From the NCBI RefSeq assembly GCF_009914755.1, contig NC_060925.1: a stretch of 64,000 bases of DNA; one strand, 5' to 3'. The stretch is from the human T2T-CHM13v2.0 reference genome, Homo sapiens. Both the position numbers and the translations under genes were made by a program. The stretch's first letter is position 1, and each line of letters begins with the position of its first letter. Below, piece after piece: positions 13,801-25,024 of this stretch. Under the pieces are notes generated by a model, which was not told where the DNA came from, did no database searches, and was given only the letters and a program-made list of their open reading frames with translations.

Positions 13801-14681
13801 GGGCTATTCAATAATTCAAGAGACATTGTTTTTGTGACATAAGCCTGTGGTCACTCCATCCATTTTAGCATTAGGCGGTACCCTAAGCCCAAAAATGCAT
13901 TCTGTGGGCAAGCTCTAGTGCTGTGCTGCTCTCAGAGGAAGTGGTTATGGTATGCAATCCACTGTGACACCAGTTTCTGTGGCTATGTGTGTGTCTGCAT
14001 TACCTCATTTCCAGCTACAGGTGGTACAGCACAGTAAGAGATATTTTTTATCTGGGTGAAGGAGAAGAAAAAGAACAGAGGACTCAGTCTTGCAATGTGA
14101 GTCCCAGCTCCGCCACAGTAAATTAAAAACCAGCCACTTTAGTTAGTTGGTTGTGAGGCATCTTCAACTTGAGTGCCTCCTGCTGAGACAAAGGATTCCT
14201 CTCTGGCCCAGGCAGGTCTAAATGCTCCCTTCTTGGACACTGCAGAATTCTATTCAGTATTGTGTTCTACTTTGACCATGCATCATTGAGTTTCAATGCA
14301 AAGTACCACACTCACTTTTCTCTCCCTCTCCCAAACACATAGATTCTTTCTACAGGCTGTGCTGTCTTGGGTTGCAAGAGGAGTGGTTATAGACAACGCA
14401 AGACTGTTCTTCCTCCTCTGTTCAATGCATCTTTTCTTGTTATTATGTTAAACCAGGTTCTATGATTGCTCACATTATTTTTGGTTTTATGAAGATGCTT
14501 TGTTTTATGGATAGTTGTTTAAATGCTGTTTAATTTGTTTTCCTGTGTGGGGAAATCACTGGAAGGTTCTATTCAGTCATCTCCTTTGGACTACACTATT
14601 TTATAAGGGACTTGAGCTTCTGTAGATTTTTGTATCCATGGATTTTGGAACCAATCCCCCATGGACACTGAGGGACAGTTG
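7892..14681 (-). mobile_element. MER2 (TcMar-Tigger MITE) split into 7892-8115 and 14591-14681 by an L1MA
   Basis: accaaccacatgttgaaaat...aaacaatacagtataac...attaggcattatcagtaatttagagat...caaatatcacac, then ttataagggacttgagc...ggaaccaatcccccatggacactgagggacagttg followed by TA. Confidence 0.85.
8116..14590 (-). mobile_element. Near full-length decayed L1MA (~L1MA2-5): 3'UTR, ORF2, ORF1 and 5'UTR
   Basis: 3'UTR atatttatggagtatatttgatattgtgatac...gggtaattgggatat. Antisense ORF2 peptides in ORFs 8560-8745, 10267-10464 and 10522-10749 ([13 protein letters not shown]). 5' terminus reverse complement ggagatgactgaatagaaccttcc near 14560-14590. Confidence 0.88.
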
Positions 14682-15612
14682 TATATATAATAAAGGATCA
14701 ATATTCAGACTACATAAAAATCTCTTCAAATAAATGACTAAACAACCGTATTAAAATGTAGACATAGCATTTAAGTAGATGCATATCCAAACAAGATAGG
14801 AAAATGGCCAATAAATATATCAACAAAAGGTCAGCATCCCAATAATTAGAGGAATGCAAATCAAAATTATGATGACATACCATGAGATACCCATTAGAAA
14901 GACTATTATCAAAAACAAACAAACAGAAAATGAAAAGTGCTGGGAAGGATATGGAGAAATTGGAACTCCTATGCATTGCTGGTGAAAATGTGAAATGCTG
15001 CAGTCACTATGTGAAAAACTATGGCAGTGCCTCAAAAAATAAACAGAATTACCATATGATACAACAGTTTTACTGCTGGGTAGATAGACTTACAATAGTT
15101 GAAAGCAGGGACTCAAATATTTGTACATTTATGTTTATACCAGCATTATTCATTATAGCCAGAAAGGAAAAGAAACCCAAGTGTCCATTTAAGGATTGAT
15201 GTATAAGAAAATGTAGTATTTAAATCCAATGGGGTATTATTCATTCTTAAAGAGGAAGGCAACTCTGATACATGTTACAAATGGATGGACTTTGAAGACA
15301 TTATACTAAGTGAATTCAGACAGTCACAATAAAACCCTAGATATTGTATGATTCCACTAATATGAGGTTTCTAGTTTAGCCAAATTTATAGAGACAGAAA
15401 GTAGAAGGGTGGTTTTCAGAGCCTAGGGGCAGAGAAGGGAAGTTGTATTTCATGGGCATTGAGTTTTAGTTTGGGGAGATGATACAAATTCTGGAGATGC
15501 ATGGTGGCTATGATTGCACAACAATGTGAATGCACTTAATACCACTGATCTGTGAAGTTATAAATGGTTAAAATCATAAATTTATGTTACGTATATTTCA
15601 ACACAATAAAAA

Positions 15613-16292
15613 TGTGTTTCTAGAGATAATTTATCTTTTTCATTCTACCATATAATCTATGTCTTTTAACCATTTACATGGTGATTTTTTAACATGATTG
15701 AATTAAAATATACCATCTTATTACCCATTTTCTCTTTTTTTCTGTCCAATTTTTTAATTTCCTGTCTTTTGCCATCCTTTGTGTTAATGGAGCTTTTAAA
15801 ATTCCATTTTATCTTTATACTTTATACCTCTTTTAAAAATGTTTTATTTGGGGCTTGCAATGTATGACAATAACTTCATAAATTGGGGTTGATCTTGAAA
15901 TTTTATTATACCATTTCACTAGTAGTGTAAAAACCTTATAAATCTGTATAGCAAATTCTCTTCTCCCATTCTTTTTTATTGTTGTCTTACATTTTACTTT
16001 CACATATTCTATAAACACGATATAGCGCTACTATTTTTGCTTTAACAGTTATATTTTAGAACAATTAAAACAATAAAAGCTTTATTTTACTTTATTTTTT
16101 GTTTTATCTCCAGAATTATTTATTTCTTTTTGTGAAGCCAAGCTACCTACATAACTTTTAAAAATATTTCCCATAAAGTATTTTTGCTGGCAATAAATTT
16201 TCTCTGTTTCAATTTATCTGAAAACTGGTTTATTTTTCATGAGTTTTAAAAATACATTTAGATTTTCTGATGATTGTAGAATTCTAGCCTGA
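15613..16292 (-). mobile_element. Continuation of the old L1M host (ORF2 5' part / inter-ORF / ORF1 end)
   Basis: Joins 7345 at the gtttatacattaaaaa / tgtgtttctaga junction; later aataaattttctctgtttcaatttatctgaaaac...tgtagaattctagcctga. Confidence 0.6.
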
Positions 16293-16605
16293 TATATATT
16301 ACTGCCTCACACTATCTCAGGCAAGCTATTAATACCAGTCTTCTACTATAATACTACTATGTTCTTGAGTGACAATGTTTATCCTCCAAAAAGTTCACTG
16401 TATTTTAGACTAATTGTGCCCAACATTTATTGCTAATTATATTTACTTATATGTAAGAAATTGCTTTCAATTTTCTATTGTTGCATTAAAAAAATCTACA
16501 AAATGTAGTCTCTTAAAGCAAAATGCATTTATTTGGCTTCTGATTTTGTTGAGTAATTCTGATCTAGACAGGCTCCACCTGATCTTAGAAAATTTTGCTC
16601 TTATG

Positions 16606-17632
16606 GCCAGTGATGATGAGCATTTTTTCATGTGTTTTTTGGCTGCATAAATGTCTTCTTTTGAGAAGTGTCTGTTCATAACCTTCGCCCACTTTTTGAT
16701 GGGGTTGTTTGTTTTTTCTTGTAAATTTGTCTGAGTTCATTGTAGATTCTGGATATTAGCCCTTTGTCAGATGAGTAGGTTAATGCTCGTCATCATTGGC
16801 CATCAGAGAAATGCAAATCAAAACCACAATGAGATACCATCTCACACCAGTTAGAAAGGCGATCATTAAAAAGTCAGGAAACAACAGTTGCTGGAGAGGA
16901 TGTGGAGAAACAGGAACACTTTTACACTGTTGGTGGGACTGTAAACTAGTTCAACCATCGTGGAAGTCAGTGTGGCGATTTCTCAGGGATCTAGAACTAG
17001 AAATACCATTTGACCCAGCCATCCCATTACTGGGTATATACCCAAAGGATTATAAATCATGCTGTTATAAAGACACATGCACACATACGATTATTGCAGC
17101 ACTATTCACAATAGCAAATACTTGGAACCAACCCAAATGTCCCACAATGATAGACTGGATTAAGAAAATGTGGCACATATACACCATGGAATACTATGCA
17201 GTCATAAAAAATGATGAGTTCATGTCCCTTGTAGGGACATGGATGAAGCTAGAAACCATCATTCTCAGCAAACTATCACAAGGACAAAAAAACAAACACC
17301 GCATGTTCTCACTCACAGGTGGGAATTGAACCATGAGAACACATGGACACAGGAAGGGGAACATCACACAGCAGGGACTGTTGTGGGGTGGGGGGAGGGG
17401 GGAGGGATAGCATTAGGTGATATACCTAATGCTAAATGATGAGTTAATGGGTGCAGCACACCAACATGGCACATGTATACATAGGTAACAAACCTGCACG
17501 TTGTGTACATGTACCCTAAAACTTAAAGTATAATAATAATTTAAAAAAAGAAAGAAAACCCTCAAAGTAGAAAAAAGAAAAGAATAAATTCTCATCTTTC
17601 TTGGCAAAAAAAAAAAAAAAAAAAAAAGGAAA
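16606..17632 (+). mobile_element. Young L1PA3/L1PA4 insertion: 5' inversion (16603-16781, minus), sense 3' end (16782-17542), 3' transduction and poly(A); 19-bp TSD
   Basis: Intact 177-aa ORF2 C-terminus (16796-17329: [23 protein letters not shown]...). 3'UTR gcattagg.gatatacctaatgctaaatga.gagttaatgggtgcagcacaccaacatggc. TSD AGAAAATTTT(G/C)CTCTTATG at 16587-16605 and 17633-17651. Confidence 0.95.
16796..17329 (+). pseudogene. L1 ORF2 C-terminal (cysteine-rich) fragment, open but promoterless and 5'-truncated
   Basis: Translation closely matches the L1 ORF2p C-terminus and ends RMFSLTGGN*. Confidence 0.9.
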
Positions 17633-19079
17633 AGAAAATTTTCCTCTTATGTCTATGGTCTTTTCAGTTAGCTGGGGATTGTCTGGTCCACATGACTTCA
17701 GTCATGTCTGGAAGTTGGCTGTTCATATGTTGAGGTATCTTCATTTTCCAAAAGGATTTGTATCTACCTGCACAATAGCCCAATCTCATGTATATGTTAG
17801 AAAATTTTGTTTTTGTGTTTTCAAAGAGACTCCTTTACAGGGGAAGCATTTGTTATCATAGTGAGAGTAAAAGTTGCACGATTTCTTGAGTCCCCCGATC
17901 AAAATTAATGTAATGCCATTTTGCAACAGCTGAGCCTATAGAATTGATTAAAGAAGAGATAAAGTAGAATTTCTTACGGGCTTTTTTCATTTTCCCATTG
18001 CTAACTGGCCAAATGATTACACAAACTTATTTTTTCCCCATAAATGTATGAAGTTGAATTGAGTCATCTCTAAAACTCTTCCACCTAAAAATATTGCAAT
18101 TCTGTCAGCATAAACAACCAGTTCAAGCCATTCTGCTCTTAAGATGATGATAAGGATTACCTTTGGATAGTTATTGGCAGTGCAGAGGTTGAATAAAAAG
18201 TCAATTGAATATTTCTCAATATTTGAGAAAAGCTGAATAGAATTATGCCTTTAACTCTTGCAGCAATGACATAAATGTTAGATTAACATCTTTAAGTTAA
18301 AAATCAATTTGACTAGATTTCACTTCAAAAAACTTCTTTTTTTTTTTTTTAGCTTCAACTGTGTTACTTGCACGTAAAACTAAGGCTGGTAATTCAACAT
18401 ATGGCTGACAACACTTCTCAGCAGAGAGGTAATATTTTACCTGAATAATTAAAATGCTATTTATTTCATTTACTGGATGACATTAGCATAATGTGCATTA
18501 CCAGTTTTCTAATAACATAAAATATCTCTTCATTCTTATAAGCATGTACCATTTCAACAATTGTGACAGAGTGACACTATATTTCAAAGGCAGTTTTGCC
18601 CTAAGCAAGACTTAACATCTTTTTAAGTAGTTTAAAAATATCCAAAGCTTATCTCCAGAGGACATCTGCTACTGTTGTTATGGAACATAAAAGACATTTA
18701 CCGTCAAAATGCAGGCAGTCTACTAGCTAATTTCAAATGCATAAATGAGTGCCTAATCAAAAAAATCATCAAATATCTGAGAAAAATGGACACCATAAAA
18801 GAGAGATAATCTCAACCAGATGAAGTATTTCTACCTGTAAAAGAGTTATTAGCTCAATCAGAACAGAACTTTAAAGTACTATATTAGTATCCTACATTAT
18901 AATTTCTCTATACTTTCATAGTCAATTTATTCCCTTATTCTCTTAAATAATATTTTCACACTGCCATCTCTCTCTTCAGTCTTTCCCGACACAGTCGCCA
19001 CTATCTGCTGATGCTGTTTATTCCTGTATGAGTGAGAATGTTGAAATAGATTCCAATACCAATTGCACCCTAACCAGCA

Positions 19080-19232
19080 TTTGTACCCACATCCTCTTCT
19101 GGAATTTTTCTTGCTACTTATAAATGAACATTCTATGCTTCCAGCTGAAGAGCATCCATTCAAGAACACTTGTTCCCAGATCTCATTTTCTACTCTCTGA
19201 TATTTCTCAATCTGTTCTTGATTCTCTCCATA

Positions 19233-19274
<42 letters not shown>

Positions 19275-19960
19275 TTTTTATTTTTTTTTGAGACAGAGTC
19301 TTGCCCTATCACCCAGGCTAGAGTGCATAGTATATAGTGAAGCCATCTCAGCTCACTGCAACTTTTGCCTCCCAGGTTGAAGAGATTCTCTTGCCTCCAC
19401 CTCCTGAGTAGCTGAGACTGTAGTTGCATGACACCACACCTGGCTAATTTTCGTATTCGTAGTAGAGATGGGTTTCAGCATGTTGGCCAGGCTGGTCTCA
19501 AACTCCTGGCCTCAGACAATCCACTCACTTCGGCCTCCCAAAGTTCTGGTATTACAGATGTGAGCCACTACTCCCGGCCCTATTTTTGATTCTCTTCTAA
19601 ATAAAACCATCAGAAAAAAAGTGGCAATAATTTCTTTAGTCTTAAAAATATTTATTTATCTTCATATCACTTATCCTGTCACTTATGACTTCTTGTTTCA
19701 CTTTGCATCAGACATCCTCAAATTAGTTATTTATAGATCTAACTTCCAGTTCCTCTCCTGTTTTACACTACGATCACTACAATTAGACTTTGGTTATCAC
19801 TTTATAAAAACTTTTATTGTCATTGTATTTTCATTGTTATTAATGACCTACCTGATGATAAGTAAAATTGTTATTTCTCCTTCCTTGTTCTAGTGAAATT
19901 ATCGGCAGTATCTGACATAATTGATTATAAATAATTTCTTCTCTCACCTTTCATCTACTC
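19080..19960 (+). mobile_element. L2 ORF2 relic interrupted by an Alu
   Basis: Degenerate L2 RT-region motifs: cactacaattagactttgg...ttaatgacctacctg...ggcagtatctgacataattgat. Confidence 0.6.
19228..19579 (-). mobile_element. AluS/J SINE whose tail ends in a (TA)n microsatellite
   Basis: (TA)~12 plus T-tract, then gagacagagtcttgcc...gagccactactcccggcc. TSD ctgttcttgattctct (19212-19227) / ctatttttgattctct (19580-19595). Confidence 0.9.
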
Positions 19961-20333
19961 TTCTTGCTTACTTTTTTCTTTTTTTTACTAAACATTTTAT
20001 TTTGTAATAATTGTAGATGCAGGTGCAGTAGTAGGAATTACTAAAGATATATCCCATGCACCCTTTAGTCAATTTCTTCCAAAGGTAGCATTTTGTAAAA
20101 CCTAGTATAATATCACAAGCAGCATATTGATATTGATGCAATTAAAATACAGAAATATTTTTTACCAAAAAGTTCTTCTGTGTTTCTCTTAACTCTTGGC
20201 AACCACTAATCTATTCTTCATTTCTACAAATCTTACTCCAAGACTGACAGAACGAGATTATACAATAAGTAGCCTTTTGATGTCAGCTTTTTTTTACACC
20301 TATGTTGACAACCACTGTTATAAGGGACTAGAT

Positions 20334-20530
20334 AAGGCACAACAATTACTGACCCATCTTCTGTCATAGCCTTCCTCTCACACATCCATTATGGACATCA
20401 CTATTGATAGCAGTGCCCAGTCTGCTTAGTCTAGGCATTGTGTCGCCATCTTTCTCAACACAAGAACCCACCCAACAGCTACCAATAGTTCAACATTGGA
20501 ACAAGGGACAAGATCTTTTTGCCATTCCGG
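20334..20530 (-). mobile_element. MER117-like hAT-Charlie MITE (~197 bp) with 8-bp TSD
   Basis: Reverse complement ccggaatggcaaaaag...attggtagctg...gtgttgagaaagat...gtgatgtccataatgg. hAT-type TSD gactagat (20326-20333) / tactagat (20531-20538). Confidence 0.65.
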
Positions 20531-20821
20531 TACTAGATAAGTCTTAGGATCTGTCTCTAAAATTCTGAGTCTGAGATTCCCTCTAGTAATGAGAAATGAG
20601 AAATGATAATGAAGTTCACAGGTTAACTCATGGAATATTTGATGTGTCTCAGAGTTATTTTTTTTTCCTGTTTCCATGCTGATGCTCACACATTCTGCAG
20701 TGATAATGCTGATGAGTGATGAGTGAATCCACATAGAGATAACCAGTATGTGCTTCTCCAGACACTTGGTCAATATGTTATGTTCTATATTCTGGAAATA
20801 AAGGTATCAAACATTGTGATT

Positions 20822-21297
20822 AATATTTTTTAATTTTTTTAAATGTTAATAGGTTTTGGGGAACAGCTGGTGTTTGGTTACATGAATAAGTTCTTTAGTG
20901 GTGATTTCTGAGATTTTGGTGCACCCATTACCTGAGCAGTGTACACGGTACCCAATGTGTATTCTTTTATCCCTATCCACTCTCCACCCTTTCCTCTAAG
21001 TTCCCAAAGCCCAAATGCCCATCAATGAGTGGATAAAGAAAATGTGGTATGTATATGTGTACATAGAGAGATAGATAACTAGATATACACTATATATATA
21101 TACACATACACACACACCCACCATGGAATACAACTCAGCCATAAAAAAGAATGAAATAATGCTATTCTCAGCAGCCTGGATGGAACTGGAGACTATTATT
21201 CTAAGTGAAGTAACTCAGGCATGGAAAACCAAACATCTTATGTTCTCACTTACATGTGGGAGCTAAGCTATGAGGATGCAAAGGCATGAGAATGATA
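20822..21297 (-). mobile_element. Short twin-primed L1PB1-like insertion (3' end on minus 20822-21012; inverted arm on plus 21013-21297)
   Basis: ggttttggggaacagctggtgtttggttacatgaataagttctttagtggtgatttctgag (L1PB1 3' end, antisense), then sense aatgcccatcaatgagtggataaag...gaggatgcaaaggcatgagaatgata. Confidence 0.88.
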
Positions 21298-24200
21298 ACA
21301 CTGTTTTTGTTTGTTTGTGTTTTTACTGAAACTATTTCCCTGGTGATGTAGGTAGAGTGTTGTTTAGTTTGTTCTTTTTATTGTCCCGCAGCCTTCCACG
21401 GTATTGATGTATCACATTTTCTTCAACCATTCATCTTTTAGAAGACGTTTGGTTTGTTTATGGCTTTTGACTATTATAAATAAAGTTTCCATAAACATTC
21501 ATTTACAAGTTTTTATGTGAACATAAGATTCAATTTTACCAGAATAAATGCCCAGAAATACAACTGCTGGATCATAGGGGAGTTGCAGGTTTGTTTGTTT
21601 GTTTTCAAGGAACTGCCAGCTTTGCTGTACTATTTTACTTCCTTATAAGCAGTTTCTCTACATCCTGAACAGCATTTAAACATTAATTGCTGGTGTTTTT
21701 GTATCTAATTTTAACTATTCTGATAAGTGCATAGTGATATGTCATTGTGATTTTAATTTGCATTTCCCTAATAACTAATGATGTTGGATTACTCTTTATG
21801 TGTTTATTTGCCTTCTGTATATCTTACTTGGTGACATGTCTTTTCCTGTATTTGCCTAATTTTCAAGTTAAATGGTTTAGTTTTCATAGTTACAGAGTAG
21901 AAGTTTTTAATTTTGATGAGGTCCGTTTATCTTTATTATGGTTTGTGATTTTAGTACCAAGTCTAAGAAGTGTGACTAGTCCTAGATACTAAATATTTTC
22001 TCTCTCTTTTTTTTGTTCTAAAAGTTTTATAGTTTTATATTTTATCCAGAATCAATTTTGAATTGATTATTGTATAGGCTATGTAACTTAGGTTAAGCTC
22101 TGTCTTTTTAAAATTTATTTTCTTTCTTTCTCTCTCTCTTTCTTTTTTTCACTTTTTCTCTCATTTTTACTTATTATTATTTTTTGCTTATTGATATTCA
22201 TTTGCTCCACCACCATTTGTTGAAAGGATATCTTTCCTCCACTGACTTATTTTTGCACATTTGTCATAAATCATTTTGGTACATTTGTGTGGGTCCATTT
22301 CTGGGTTCCCTATACAGTGGCACTGATTTGTGTGTCTTTGCTTCCACCTATACTATCTTGTCTTAATTATTATAGTATAGAATAAGTCTTTAAATCAGAC
22401 TACTTCCTCCCACTTTAATTTTTTCAACACTGTTTTAGCTACTTTACTTTCTTTGTATTTCCATGTATATTTTATAATATTTTTGTCTGTATCTACAAAA
22501 ATCATGATGAGATATTTTACAGAAATTGTGTTAAACCAGAATGTTGATTTGGGAGAAAATTTTCACCTCTGTTGTCTTTTAATCTTCCAATCTGTAAGCA
22601 TATGTCTCTCAATTTGCTTATATCAGCTTTGATTTACTATCTCAGTGTTTTGTAGTTTTACATACAAGTTTTGTATGAGTTTTGTTAGTTTTACACCCAG
22701 TTATTTCTTTGTTTTTGAATGATGACCTATGGCATTATGTTTTTAATTTCAGTGTCTATGAGTTTTACATTAGTGTAGATACATACAACTGATTTTTGCA
22801 TGTCCTGTGACATTGCTAAAATCATTTATGAGCTCAAACATTTTGGGTTTTTGTTTTGTTTTGTTTTGATTTTAGATTCTTCAGTGTTTTCTACGTAGAT
22901 TATCATGTCATCTGCAAACAGAGAAAGTTTGCTTTTATTCTGTCTCATCTGTATGTATGTATGCATGTATTTATATGTTACCTCTCACACACTATAATAT
23001 AAGTGGTGAACATAAATAGGAGTGGTAAACATAAATATCCTGACCCTGTTCTCAATCTTAGGGGAAAAAGCGTTCCGTATCTCACCATTAGGATAATGTT
23101 ATAATTTAGGTTTTTGTGGATGGTCTTTATTTACGTTGAGGAAGTTTCCATCTACTAGTTTTCTGAAAGTTTTTATTATTAATGAATCTTAAATTTTGTA
23201 GAATGCTTCTCCTTTATCAATTTATATGTTGATATTATTTTTCTTCTTTAGCCTGTTTCCCAGTGGATTACATTAACTGATTTTCAAATATTGAACCAGC
23301 TTTGCATTCCTGAAATAAATTCTACTTGGTCACAGTACGTAATTTCACAGTATATCATTCTTTTTATATATTGTTGAATTCTTTTTGCTACATTTTATAG
23401 GATGCTTGCATCTATATTTCTAAAGGATATTAATTTGTATTTTATTATGTACCATCTTCATCTGGTTTTTGTATCAGGGTAATACTAATGTTATGAAATA
23501 AATTGTAAAGTATTTTTCTTCTATTTTCTGAAAGAAATGTATAAAATTGGTATTAATTCTTTCTTAAGTGTTTAGTAGTATTCTCCAGTGAAACATCTGG
23601 GCCTACAGACTTCCTTTTTGGTAGGTTTAAAATTACAAATTACATTTTATTAATAGTCATAGGATCTATGATCTGTTTCCTATTGTGTTGTTCCGTTGGT
23701 GGTGTTTTTTCTTAGTTTTCAGAAGTTTACATATGATTTGCCTTGTTTCGTATTTCTTTGGGTGTGTTCTATTTGGGGTTTACTTAGCTTCTTGAAAACA
23801 CTGGTTTATATCTTTGCTAAATTTTTGACACTGTCAGTATTATTGGTTTTGAGTATTTTCTCAGCCCTACCTGCTTTCTTTTTATTTATTTTTTCCTATG
23901 GGGCTCCAATAATACGAAAGTTAGCTTTTTGTTATCATTCCCAGGTCCTTGAAGTACTGCTTATTATACTTTTTTAGTCTATTTTCTCTCAGTTAAGATT
24001 GAGTAATTTCTATTTTTCTGTCTTCCTATTTACTGATTCTTACCTCTGTCCTGCCCATTGTTTTTTTAAGCCCATCCACTGTTGTATTGTTTTAATTTTA
24101 ATTTTTGTATTTTGTATAAATTTAAATTTTTTTATTTCCCTTGTTTATGTCTCTATTTTGGGGCTGATACTTTTTGGACTGAGACATTCTATTTTTTTCA

Positions 24201-25024
24201 TTTGTTTCAAGCCTGTTTGTGGTTGCTCCTTGAAACATTTTTATGACCGATATAACACATTCATGAGAAAAAGCTACTATCTCTGTCATTTTGGTGTTCT
24301 ATTGCTAGCTTTTTTTCTTTCACTTTGAGAACTTTCTGGGTCTTGATATGAAAAGTGACTTTTATTGAAATACGGAAATGAGTTATAAGTCATGGATCTT
24401 ATCTAAACCTTTCATTTGAGCTGGATTCTGACACTGCTCTAATAGGGGAAGGGGAAGAGGGATATGTGTGCTGTTTCGTTGGTCCAAGTGGAGGGTGAAG
24501 TTCAGGTTTCCCACCCAGCTGCCATTGACACCCAAGGTAGGGGGCAGGATCATTTCGTCACTGCCAAGCAGGAGTGGGACTTCTGGTTCCCCAAGAGGCT
24601 TCCATTGACACTGTGTGCGTGAACCATATTATCATTGTCCATCGTGGTAGGCTGCCCCTTTTTTGGTCTTTGCCAAGAGGGAGAAAGTTTTGTTGGGGAG
24701 TTTTTTAGTCTGTGCCTGTTGGCATTTTCGCATTGCCAGCTTCTGCAGCTACCAGGCTAATGTATATGAGGCCAAAAGAAAATCCAAGGAAATCACCAGT
24801 ATTCTGTTCTTTGAATAACAAGATACCTATCAAACTGCTGACTATATCCCATCTTTCAGAGTCTTTCTATGTTTGTTTATATATTTTGTCCAGGAGTTTT
24901 AGATGTAATTAGTGGCAGGAATAGAATAAATACACCTATTCCATCTTCCAGGAAATGGAACTCACCATGTAATGTTTATTTCAATCATTAATATTGATAA
25001 TCAAGTGCACTGTTAATACTTGTA

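Larger units (their letters stand above)
7362..15612 (+). mobile_element. 5'-truncated L1MB (ORF2 3' end plus 3'UTR), in two pieces 7362-7891 and 14682-15612
   Basis: tactacaaaagtatacagtaatcataacagcgtggtattgg...aaaattgcaaatcac resumes as aataaaggatcaatattcagac...; L1MB 3'UTR (ttctggagatgcatggtggctatgattgcacaacaatgtgaatg...aataaaaa). Degenerate TSD aaaaattgggtttt / aaaaatgtgtttct. Confidence 0.8.
16465..17960 (-). mobile_element. Old MLT1-type MaLR LTR remnant split by the L1PA insertion (16465-16605 and 17652-~17960)
   Basis: ttttctattgttgcattaaaaaaatctacaaaatgtagtctcttaaagcaaaatgcatttattt..., resuming after the TSD with cagttagctgggg...catgtctggaagttggctg. Confidence 0.6.
19975..24962 (-). 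mobile_element. L1MC (L1MC1-3-like) with 3'UTR, partial ORF2, internal deletion (~23690), ORF1 and 5' end; interrupted at 20296-21320
   Basis: 3'UTR ttttgtaaaacctagtataatatcacaagcagcatattgatattgat. Antisense ORF2 21400-23680. 5' terminus tattccatcttccaggaaatggaa. Confidence 0.75.

Noticed and set aside
16796-17329. Longest ORF (177 aa) as a functional gene
   Set aside because: It is the ORF2p C-terminus of a 5'-truncated young L1 with a non-ATG start in the track; it is open only because the element is young.
17383-17407. G-quadruplex-like G-run
   Set aside because: Standard polypurine tract of the L1PA 3'UTR.
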